A stretch of 64,000 bases of DNA from Candidatus Iainarchaeum sp. GTDB taxonomy: Archaea > Iainarchaeota > Iainarchaeia > Iainarchaeales > JAZDDZ01. The notes below the pieces were generated by a model. It had not been told where the DNA came from, did not search any database, and was given only the letters and a program-made list of their open reading frames with translations. The position numbers were made by a program, and so were the translations under genes. The stretch is taken from assembly GCA_043809245.1 (NCBI GenBank), contig JAZDDZ010000007.1, forward strand, positions 1-64,000. Direction: 5' to 3'. Positions 31,801-43,800 of the stretch are shown one piece after another. Numbering within the stretch: the first letter of the stretch is position 1; every line of letters starts with the position of its first letter.

Positions 31801-34800
31801 TGTTTCCACGCGGTAGTACATGAATCCGTCAAGCGAGCCCTGGAATGCGTTAAAGCTTTTTCCGCCTGAAAGCGCAGAGGTGTCATTTGTCGGCACGCAG
31901 CCGTTAATGCATGCATTTCCGACTTCACAGGAACTATTGTCCGTTATGCAGTTCTCGCCTATGTCACAAGTGCCATCTCCGCAGACGTAATTGACTGTGG
32001 TGGTTTGAACGCAGCCGTCAACTCCCGCGCCTCCCTTGCATACCCAGTCAGAACCATAGGCATCATAGCAGTAAGAGTTGTCGTAAATGCAGTACTCGCC
32101 TGTGCTGCAGGTTCCGTTGCCGCATGGGTTTGTGGGGTCATTGATTATCGTGTTCTGGTCAGGCTGGCAGCCGCTTCTGCAGAAGAATCCTGCTGCGCAA
32201 CCATTTAAAGTGTCTGTCGGGCAGTATTCCCCTGGCGAGCATATTCCGTCACCGCAGGAATAATTAGTTGTTGTTCCTGTCTGCGGCCTGCAGCCGCTTG
32301 TGCATGCAGTGCCTATCGGGCAGTTAAGGCTGTCATTTGGGCAGTTTTCGCCGGGATTGCATTTTCCGTCACCGCAGACTCCATTGAGGTCAACTGCAAG
32401 GAAGTTAAAGTCATAAGTGGTTTCACCAGCAGTTGAGGTCTGGTGCAGTTCCTGCCATGCCTGGCCGTTCGGGGAAATGAATATCTTGAAGTATGCAAGT
32501 GAATTGCTGTCTGATGCCCCAGCCCATGCAAGTGAAACATTTTCGCTTTCAATGAAGTCAGGGCAGTCCTCTAACTCTGCCGCGGAATCAATGTTCATGT
32601 CCACATAGATTGTGTCAAAGAAGAAATGCGACAAGTTGTCAAGCGAATCCCTGAATTGGACGTAAACTTCCCTGAAGCCCTGGCCTGCAATGCAACCTCC
32701 AATTGTTGTGTCAAATATGTTGAAGTCAGAGTAAGTTGTTGCGTAATTCACATACTGCGCCCATGTGTAGCTGTCGCAGCTGAAGCGCATGTCCTTGAGG
32801 CCAATGCCTCCGTTGTCTGCCGCGGAAAGCGTTAGGGTTGGAGTGTCATTGTTTGTTGTCTGGCTTCCCCCTTCAATCTGTATTGTGCCGCTTGGAGCTG
32901 CCCTGTCAAGTGTTGTTGTGTCAGAGTAAGAGGAGGAAATGTTTCCGGCTGAGTCCCTGAATTGCACGTAAACTGTCTTTGAGCCGTCTGATGAAGTGCA
33001 GCCCGCTGTTGAATCAATGAGGCTTAAGCCAGAGTAGCGTGAAGAGAAAGCGGCCCAGCCTGTCCAGTTGCTGTTGTCGCAGCTGAAGCGCATGGATTCA
33101 ACGGAACTGGTTGAATCAGTGGCTGAAAGGTTTAAGTCGGGGTTAGTGCTTCTCGTGTAGCCGTTCGTGTCAAGCACAGCAATTGAGCCTGTTGGATTGG
33201 AATTGTCTACTATGAAATAAGTTGTTGCACTGCTGTGATTTGCGGCTGTGTCCTGTGCCTGCGCTTCAACCCAGAAAATCGTGCCGTCTGAATAGGCTGA
33301 AAGGTTTGCTGTTGTGCCAAGGTATTTTGAGGTTGTGGCTGTTGCCGCAAGGCCGCTTGCTGACTGCGTGCTTATAACTGAATTGCCGTCGGAATTGTTT
33401 TTCACCTGCACGTTGGCGTCGTCAAGCAGGAAATGCTGGAAGTAAACATTGTAGTCAATTGAGCCGCTGTAATACCTGTTGTTCGGGTTTGGCACAAGGA
33501 ACTGTATTGTCGGAGCCGCCCTGCTTACCGCAAAGCTGCGCTGTGCTGTTGAGGTGTTGCCTGCCCTGTCAACAGCGTAAACCGAAAGGGCGTAGAGATC
33601 CTCTGCAACAGGGGAATCTGAATTCCAGTCAGCATCCCAGCTTTGCGCGGAGGAGAGATTCACGTCAAATGGATAGCCTGCTGTTGTTCCCTCCGGGCCG
33701 GCAGCGGAGTTAATTGTAAGCCAGGCGCTGCTTATGCCTGAGCCGCTGTCTGAAATTGTGTTGTAAAGGAGCACGTTTCCGCTCACAAACTGGTTTTCCC
33801 CTGGCGCATCAATTGAGACGCTTGGCACAACAGTGTCAACATAGAATGAGTCAGCGCCAATGCCTGAATTGCTTACAACCGAGAAAACCCCTGCCTTGTC
33901 CATTACTTCAACGTAAATTGTCTTGTTTCCGTCCTCTGCAGCGCAGCCGTTGAATCCGCTTTTTACGTCAAAGTCGTTTGTTGAGGAATTGTATGTGTCG
34001 CTTCCGTCAAATGCAAACCAGTCAGTGAAGCCAAAGCCGTTGCAGCTGAACCTTGCCTTGCTCAGGCCTGAGATAGTGTCATCTGCGGTCAGCAGGAACT
34101 CCGGCGTGCTGTCATTTGTGTATCCGCCTAAGCCAGTGAAAACTTCAATTGATATTGAAAGGTTAAGGGGTGCATTCTGGTCCAAAATCCAATAGCCTGT
34201 GTTTGCTTCGCCTGAAACATTGTATGCCCTGTCCCTGAACCTGACGTAAATTATTTTCTGCCCCTGGCCTGTTGTGCAGCCATATTGTTGTGCTGCGGGC
34301 CTTGCGTCAAAGGTTGAGTACCTGTAAGAGTATACAATCCAGGGGTAAGTCCAGTCAGAGTTGTCGCAACTGTACTGCATTTCGTATACGCCTGATGTTG
34401 CATCCGTTGCAGCCATTACAAGCGGTGGCGCATCATCAAAAGTGTAGCCTGATTCTCCTGTCCAACGCTCTATAAAGATTGACGGGTTTTGCGGTGCCTG
34501 AGTGTCAACAATAAGTGAGCGCGCTGCGCTTGCGCTGACATTGTATGCCCTGTCCCTTGCCCTCGCGTAAACAGTTGTGCTTCCGTCAGTTGAACCGCAG
34601 CCGTAAGAGCCTGATTCAAGGTTGAAGTTGGATTTTGTTGAAGCGAAAGCCTCCCAGCCTGTCCAATCGCTTGCATTGCAGGAGAACTGCATTCCGGACA
34701 ATCCGGATAAACCGTCTGTTGCCGATAAAGCCAGTGCCGGGGTTGCAGTGTTAATGTATCCGTCCAGGCCGCTGTAAGTTGTTGAAAGCGCTAAGCTTGT

Positions 34801-37800
34801 CGGAGGGGCAGTGTCAAGAACAAATGAAGCCGTGTTTACCGCTGCGGCAGAGTTGCCAGCGTAATCCAAGTAAATTGCGTAAACAGTCCTGTTGCCGTCT
34901 GAAGTTGGGCAGCCGTAAGCTGTTGCCTGTGGCTTGATGTTGAAAGAATTGTATGTTTCGGAATAAATTGCGGGGTTAGTGTAAGTTATGCCGTTGCAGC
35001 TTAGCCTAACCCGGTTTGCGCCTGTGCTTGAAAGCGCAAATGTGGGAAGCGCGGTATTTACATAGCCTGTTGCGCCGGTGTAATTAACAGCAATCGAATT
35101 GCCTGTCGGGGGCACTGTGTCATAAGTGGTTGAATCGCTTGCGACATAGCCCCATGTGCCTACAGAGTCCTTGAATTGCACGTAAACTGTTTTTGAGCCG
35201 TTTGCAGTGGAGCAGCCGTTTGAGCCTGAGGCAATGTTAAAGGACGAGTATGTTGTGTTGTATGGAACCTCGGCTGCCCATGCGCTGTTGTCGCAGCTGA
35301 AGCGCATGTGAGTAAGCGTTGTTCCGCTTACATTTGTTGAAATGTTCATTTGCGGAGTTGCATTGTTTGTGTAGCCGAAATTATCGATTATTGTAATGGA
35401 GTTTCCACCGGTTATCGGCGTCCAGTTGAGGATGATTGAATCTGATGCAGCTTCGCCTATGTTGCCAAGCGTGTCCCTAAGCCTTACGAAAACATATTTT
35501 GTGCCCGCGGCGTAAGTGCAGCCGCCCAATGCAGAGTTTATAATATTGAAGTCGGAATATGCTGCGGAGAAGTTAACCCATGCCGCGTTCCATGTGCTTC
35601 CATTGCAGGAGAACTGCATTTGTGAAACCCCTATTCCCGTGCCGTCGTTTCCGGTTATTGAAAGCGCAGGGGTATAGTCTGATGTTGTTTCTGCGCCGCC
35701 TTCAATTGAAATCGTTGCAGTAGGACCAGTGGTGTCAACGTACACTGAATCGCTTCTTATTTCATTGCTGATGTTGTATGCCTTGTCCCTTAGTTGCGCG
35801 TAAAGCGTTACGTTGCCGTCAACGCTGTTAAGGCAGCCGTTAAAGCCATACCTTAAATTAATGTTTGGAACCATTGAAGAGGAATAGCTTGCCCAGGCGC
35901 CCCATGATGTGCCGTTGCAGCTGAACCTTGCCTCATGGACGCCTGAAGTTGCATCTGAAGCGCTTAAGGTGGCTGAAGGAGTGGTGTCACTGGTGTAACC
36001 GCTTGTTTTTGTTATGCTTAAGCTGTTTAGTGCTGGCTTGCTTCTGTCAAGGTAGAAGTAGCCGCCGTTCGCGTAAGTGCTCACAGGGGCAGAGGAATTG
36101 TTTGTGTCATCCTCGAATATTGCGTAAACCTGTTTTGCGCCGTCAGTGTTTGAACAGCCTGCGCCTGTCGCAATGTCAAAGGAACTGTAACTGCTTGAAT
36201 AAGGCGTGTTGCCTGAAAAGCTTGAGGGATTGCTTGAGCAGCTGAAGCGCATATAGCTTGCGCCGTTGCTGGAAATTGCAAGCGGCGGTGTTGTGCTGCT
36301 TGTATACCTTGGAGTTCCTGTAAAGCCAGTTACGGATATTGAATTGTTCACAGGCGGGCCTAAGTCAACAAGGATTAAATCCGAAGCGCTCGGGCCTACA
36401 TTTCCCACTTTATCCCTGAACCTTACGTAAATTCTCCTTAAGCCGTCAGACAGGCTGCAGCCGTAAGAGGTGGTGTAAATGTTGAAAGCCGAATAGCTTG
36501 TCGCATAAGGCACCCAGCCACTCCAGCTGCTTGCATTGCAGGAGAACTGCATTTCCGTAACGCCTGAAGCAGCATCAGAAGCTGAAAGGGACAGCAATGG
36601 GGTTGAATCGTTTGTTGACGCAGCGCCGTTTTCAATTATAATTGTTCCTGTCGGGGCAGCAGTATCATAGTATGTTGAATCGGAAACAACTGCACTTTCA
36701 TTTCCGGCAAGGTCAACGAGCTTTGCGTAAACATTTACTGAACCGTTTGCGCCGCTTAGGCAGCCATAGCCTGCCTGTGAAACGTCAAATGATGCAATTG
36801 AGCCCTGTGAGATTTTGTAGGAGAATGCCTGCCATGTGCTGCTGTTGTTGCAGTTGAATTTAATGTATGATGCATCCCCTGTTGCGCTTACAAATATTGC
36901 TGGCTTGCTGCTGTTGGTGTAGCCGCCTATATCCGATATTGTTATTGAGTTAAGCGTTGGCTGAATTGCGTCAATTGATGCTGTCTTTGACTTCAATGAT
37001 TCAGTGTTGCCTGCATTGTCAAGCGAGTAATAGTACACTGTGTTTATTCCCTCAAGGTTCAGCACAAAAGGCGATGAATAGAAAACCCATCCCCCTGAAT
37101 TTATTTTATAGTATGTTCTCTGGCACCCTGATGGGCCGTTTGCGTCAGAGCATGTTAAGGTAACAGTTATTGATGTCTGCCAGCCTGAGGGAATGTCGTC
37201 TGTTGTGGTTGGCGCGGTTTTGTCTAATCCCAAATAATATGCATAGTCATAAACCGAGTAGTTTGCCGCATTGTCCTTGTATCTGCATCTTATCGCAAAG
37301 TTCAAGTCGTTTGCGGGCGTAACCCATGCATAGCTTCCGTCTGTGTCCCCTGTTGCCAGTTCAGTCCATCCTGTTCCGTCATCGCTTAAAGTGTAGTCGA
37401 AATCATATGATGCGACATCGCTTGCGGTTGCAGTGCAGGTAAGGGTTACGGTTGCTCCTCTAACCCATGAGTTCTTTGCATAGCCGTCAATTCCAACTGA
37501 TGGAGTTGTTGTTGCGGAAGTATCGAATATGATGTCGTCAAACTGAACCTCGCTTTGGTTGTACGCCTTGTCCCTTACAACCGCGTAAACCCTTCTTCCT
37601 CCCTCGCCATTAGTGCAGCCATAGACAGGAGAGAGGATATTGAAGTCCGAAATTATTGACGAATAAGAGTAGGTTCTCCATGGGCCGCTTGAGCCGCAAC
37701 TCATGTTGAGGTCGTAAAGCCCTGAAACAAGGTCATAGGCACTTATTGAAATGGCTGGCGCGGAGTCAGCGGTTGTGTTGTTCATTGAGGAGTCAACCAA

Positions 37801-40800
37801 AACCGATGAAAGCGTTGGGTTTTCAGTGTCAAGCCACCACACGCCTGTGTCAGCGGAGCCGACAACAGCGTTTCCTGCGCGGTCCGTGATTCTGATGTAA
37901 ACTTTTCTCTGGCCGTCACGCGTAGTGCAGCCATACTGTGTGGAATTGGGCTTCACGTCAAAGTTGGAATAATATTTTGTGTATTGCCCTTTTGGGCTGA
38001 AGTCAACGCCATTGCAGCTGAAAGCCATGTCATGCAATCCCGCGATTAAGTCTTTTCCGTTCACAACCAATGGAGGCGCATCATCGTTCGTGTAGCCTAA
38101 TGTGCCGCTCCACTGCGCCACATCAAGCTCCACATTCACATCATATGGGTTTGTTGTGTCTATTACAAATGAATCGCCGTCATCGAAAAAGATAAGGCCG
38201 CCGAAATCAGTTTTATCTCCCTGCAAGGTAAGCACTGTGTCATTGCTTGAGTTGGCGAGAATCTGGTTGCCTGCCTTGTCCTTGAATTTAACGTAAACAG
38301 TCTTGTTTCCGTCAGTGTTGGAGCAGCCTCCCTGCGAATCGTCCAATAAGTTGAAGTCAAAGTACTGCGACTTGTATACAACCCATCCAGTGAAGTTGTT
38401 TGCATCGCAGCTGAAGGACATTTCATGCAATCCCGAGAGGGCATCTGAAGCGGTTGTGTTAAGCAGGGGCGTTGTATCGCTTGTATAGCCTGTTACATAG
38501 TAGGCAGCGGCATTGATTGCAACGCTTCCGGAAGGCACTGTCGCATCATATGTTGTTGAATCCGATGCGGTGTAAGCCCAGCTTCCTAATGAAGGGGAAT
38601 AGAACTGCGCGTAAATTGTTTTTGCGCCCTCTGATGCGCTGCAGCCCGCGCCGGAGGTAATGTTGAAACCGTTGTAGTCGCTTTGCATTACCGCTTCAGC
38701 GCCCCAGGTGCTGTTGTCGCAGCTGAAGCGGATTGCATTCACATCAAGTGATGCTCCCGCCTGTATTCTCATTTGCGGGTTTGCGTTGTTTGTGTAGCCT
38801 GAATTGTCTATAATGTCAATGTCTACTTCGCTTGGGCCGATTGGCAAGTCAAGCGTTGCAGTTGTGTAAACCGTGACCGTGTTGTTCAAATTGTCCCTGG
38901 CCTTGGCGTAAATTATTATTGCGCCGTCGTTGTTGGAGCAGCCTGCGCCGGAAAGGGCATTGAAGTCAATCAAGGCAGCCCTGTTTTCATCAACATAGTA
39001 ACTGTTATAGTCATACCAGGAGCTGTAAGAGGAATTGTCACAGCTTAGGGCGAAATCTTTTACTCCCGAGCCGTCATCGTATGCCGAGATTACAAGCAAT
39101 AAGTTTGCATCGGTTAGAACAGGCGCATTGCTTGCAATTGAAACGCTTGCATTCGGGGGATTGATGTCATAGTAGGTTGTGTCCGAAATTATTTCGCTTT
39201 CATTGAATGCCTTGTCCCTGGCTTTCGCATAAACCGTTACAAGCCCGCTCTCATATCCCGGGCAGCCGAGATTATAGTCGCCTATGTTGAAGTCATCTGT
39301 TGAAGCATTCAAAGTGGCTGAATAATTGAACCAGTTGCTCCAGTCCTTTCCATTGCAGGAGAACTTCATTGAATCCAAGCCGCTGCTGCCAGTGTCAGTT
39401 GCGGTTATGTCAAATTGCGGGGAAGTGTCATTTGTGTAGCCGCTGGAATCTGTTATTGTGAAAGAGGAAACTATCGGGATTGTGCGGTCCAAGTACAGGG
39501 AATTCGCGGGCGAAATCTGGACCGCTGATGCGCTGTTGCCTATGCTGTCGGAGTAAATCGCGTAAACAGTCCTGTTGCTGTCGGATGAAGAGCAGCCGTT
39601 TGCTATAAGGGTCACGTCAAATGCGCTGTAGGCAGAGGCATAGCTTGCATTGGATGAATAAGTCGCATTGTCGCAGGAGAACTTCATGTAATATGCAAGG
39701 GTTGAGGTTGTAGACATCGGGGGCGTGATGTTGTTTGTGTATCCGTTTCTTCCGCTGAAAGTTGAAATGTTCACTGAGTTGCCTGTTGGAGCGCCTGCGT
39801 CATCGTAAAAGATTGTGTCATAGGCGCTTGAGCCGTTGTTGTCTTCCGCGTCCTGGAACCTGGCGTAAACTGTTTTTGAGCCGTAGCCGCTGCTTGCCTC
39901 CGCATCGCAGCCCACTGCGCTGTTGTCAGCGCTTAAAATGCTGAAAGACTTTGTGCTGGAAACCGATTCCCATGCAGTCCACGCTGTTCCATTGCAGCTG
40001 AATGACATGTTTGCAACGCCTGAAGCGTCATCGGAATATGTGAGGGATAGGTCAAGCGTTGTGCTTGTCGTGCCAATGTCTCCGCTGTTAATCAGTATCG
40101 AGCCAGTTGGGCCTGTTGTGTCGGCAAAATTTGAAATAATGAGTTTTGCGGGTGAAGAAATTGTTTTGCTTTTTCCCTGGTCGTCAAAGATGTTTATGTC
40201 AATGTAGTATTCGCCTGTTGCAATTGCTGAAAGGTTCCAGTCATAGCCGCAGTCAGCCTGGTTTGAGAAGTTAACGTCAGAGCAGGGCTGCGGGAACGCG
40301 AAAAGTTTTTCCCTTAACAGCTCGCCTTTTGAAAGCGCGCGGTTGTAGAGCTTTATTTCGTCAATGCTTAACATTCCCGGGTAATTGGGCAGGGTGCCTG
40401 TGTTGGTCATCCTCATTCCGAAATAGGTTGTATTAGTGTAATTTGGATAAATGCAGGGCACGCTGGCAGGCAGTGTTGCGCTTGAATCAGCGTAACCGTT
40501 AACGTAAAGGCTGATTGCACTGTTTTCCTGAGAGCAGGTAACTGAAAGATGGTTCCAAACATTGTAAGTGAAATTGGATGTGGATGTGATTGTGGTCAAG
40601 TAATTTGGAGTGGACTCTACACTGCGACTGTATGAGACTGTTCCTCCACTGTTCCTTGTAAGCACACCCAACCAATCTGACAGCGCCCAGGTCTGCGCAG
40701 AGCCTGAATCCTTAGGGTATACCCACATTGAAAGCGTGAGCGCGTTGGTTAAAGTTGAAAAAGTGAAATCATTGGCGATTCTCAGCTTTTCAATTGTGTT

Positions 40801-43800
40801 TAAGTCAACTGCCCATTGCCCCATTTTTCCCGCAACCCAGTGGGAGCCCACATTGGTGTATGTAGAGCCGCTGCTTGCGAATATGAGCCCTAAATTAGTG
40901 CCGACTCCCCCTTTATCGTGGGCTGTGTACCCGCTGCCTTCGTCCAAGGGCCAGTAACCAATAAGGCTTGGGTTTGCAAGAGAATTCAGGTCAAAGTTCT
41001 GCACTAGGGAATTGGAGAACTGCCCTGGAGAAGAGGAATAGTAAATGCTTGCGTGGAGGTTTCCGCTGAAAACATTGAAGTCAGCGTCAGTCACATTGAA
41101 GTCTATGAGGAAATTGCTGTTGTATCTTGCGTTAATTGTTGTGTCCTGCAACAGGACATTGAAGTTTGCGTCGGGCGCAACAGGAGTTCCGATTACAGCG
41201 TGCATTGTATTGGTTGGCTCTGTTTTGCCTAAATTGTCAATGCTGTAAAACTGGATTGCATAATTTCCGTCAGCGCTGAATGCAATTGCCGAATTGTAGT
41301 CAGCCCAGGAACCGTATGACACTGCGTTTGAGGCATCAGAGTCAAGCCTGTATTTTGTGGAAGCGCAGGCTGAATTGTTTTGCGAATAGATTTCCTCGCC
41401 TCCAAGCAAGTATGATGGGGGCGTGGCAATGTCTTTTTTTACGCTTAAATTGTCAAAGGAAGCGGCAACGCTGCCTGAATAAACCTGTGAAAACAAGCCA
41501 AAGTAAGGCGCACTCGCGGATAAAGGCGCTGAATTAAGGGAAACATAGGAGCCTATTTGCGTCCAGTCAGTTCCGTTAAATGAGATAAGGTAAAGGTTAT
41601 AGCCGCCCCTCCGTATAATTCTCAGCCACGCAGGCAGGGTCGTGGAGGCATAGCTTGGCATGCTTCCCACATAACACCCGTCAGGATAGCGCCTTACTAC
41701 TTGGAAATTATCTCCTTCCCCTATAGCTTCCTCCCCACAGTATACGCTCCTACTTGCATACTTATACCTTCCAAAATAGTCTGCAGCTATACCGCTGGTG
41801 CCAACCGATAAATTGCCAACATATATGCCTGTATGCGTGTCATTGTTAACAGTATAGCTGTTCAGCTTTGCAGTCAAAGCCCAGTCACCTGAATTGCCTA
41901 TATTGAAAGCCAGAATCTCATAATCATTAGTGGAGTTAAACAACAGCCTTCCGCTTGTTTCCACAAGTATGTTTGCGTCACTGCCATTATTTGTTCTGAA
42001 ACCCCTTGCTGGAAGCGTTTTAAGGCTGTTGTCGTTGAAGTTGTCCCCTAAGTAAAAAATGTCAGGGTAATTGTTCGGCGGCGACCCAGCGCTTGGGTTT
42101 CCGTAAAAAAGGAAGTAATTGTAGTCAATTGTTCCCGCAGAAATCGTGTTTTGCAGCTTGAATTGGATTACAGTATTTGTTGTATTGCAGCCGATTACTT
42201 CCCTGCTTAACTCTGTTGTGCCGTTATAGGCAACCCTTAAGTCACTGCAGTTGCTTTTCATTTTTCCCGCGGCAATAAGCGCTGCAGTGTCAATTGCGTT
42301 GACGTCAAGGGTATACGTGTTGTTAAGCGTGGTTGCTGACGCGGAATTGTCAATTGTTATGATTTTCCTGTAAGCGTAATCCGAGTCAAGCCAGCCGCGC
42401 GGCGAAGAGCAGAAAAGGCTCGCGCTAAAGCCGCTTGGAATGAAACCGCTGTTTATGTCGCTTGAAGTAACAGGGCCAAGCGCGTTAACAAGGAATGAAA
42501 CCATGCCAGTGCTTGAGGTGTTAAGCAGTGCATCCCTGCACGCATAATAGCGGGTATAATTTCCGTCGGCAAGATTGCCTAAATCGCATGAGAATTGGCT
42601 GGCGCTTCGCGTGCAGGAATTGGGGAGAGAGGCAAATGAAAGGTTTGCTGTTCCCCAGCTGCAGGAAACACTCGCGGCATTAAAGTCAGTTATGTCAAGC
42701 ACAATGCCTGTTGAAGAATCATTGGTTGAATCAAGGTATGGAGCGGTTGAATCTCCGCCAATGTTGTTGATTGCAATAACTGGAGCAGTGTTATCCAATT
42801 CAAAGAATGCATCAGAGGAATCAACTGCGTTATTGTCCTGCGGGTCAAAGGCATTCAGGTCAATGAAGTAATTGCCGTCTGCCACGCCATTGATTGTTTT
42901 CCACAGGTAAACGCATTTTGTTGAATCAGAGAAATCGCGGTCAGCGCACCATGAAATCCTGCTTGCCTCAGCTGCGCTTAAAGCCCTTCTGATGAAGAAG
43001 GGCTCGTCAATCGTGCCGGCAAAGCCCTTGCCAATGTCTATTTCTTCGCTGTTGTTCATGTTTGCAGTGGAATTGTCTGTTCCAGTGCAGGCAAGTGCGC
43101 CGTCAACGTAAAGATAACAACTGTTAGTTGAAACATTCCTAACGCCTATGATGTGGTGCCAGTGGTTGTCGGCAATGCGTGAGCCATAGCATACACAGGA
43201 TAAGCCGTTCCAAAGATTGTTTCCGACAGAAAATGTGGCTAGTCCATAAGGAACGCTAATAGCCCAGCCTGCAATGGGCAAAGCATAATAAGTAGAGTAT
43301 TTGCTGATTAGGTCCCCTGACAAATCAGTTGTTTTGACCCACATTCCAACGCTGAAACTGTCAGCCAATTTAATGTCAAAGTCAGGGTCATCGCCTCTTG
43401 TGGCGTAAGAGTCAGGGCTGTCCGAAAAAGTTATTGCCTTGTCAAAAACCCCTGAAACCCAGCTTACGGAGCCTGAGAGCGCTAGATTATTTGCAGCCGT
43501 GGTGTTTGCGTCGCGCAGTGTTGTTCCACTGCCTTCACCGAACTTCCACCAGGACTGGTAAGTGGCGGGCACAGTAAAAGCATTGGCAAGATTTACATTG
43601 TCAGCAATTTGGTTCTGGAAAGCGCCAGCTGCACTGGAATAATAAATGTCTGCGTATAACACGCTGCTGTCTGAATCCAAAACATTGAAGTCAAGTAAAT
43701 AGTTTCCGTCATTCGGGTAAGAGATTTGCTCTCCGCCATTCGGAAGCGCGAGCACAACTGTTGGAGCTGCACCGCTGTTGTTTATGCGGAAGTTCTGGTC

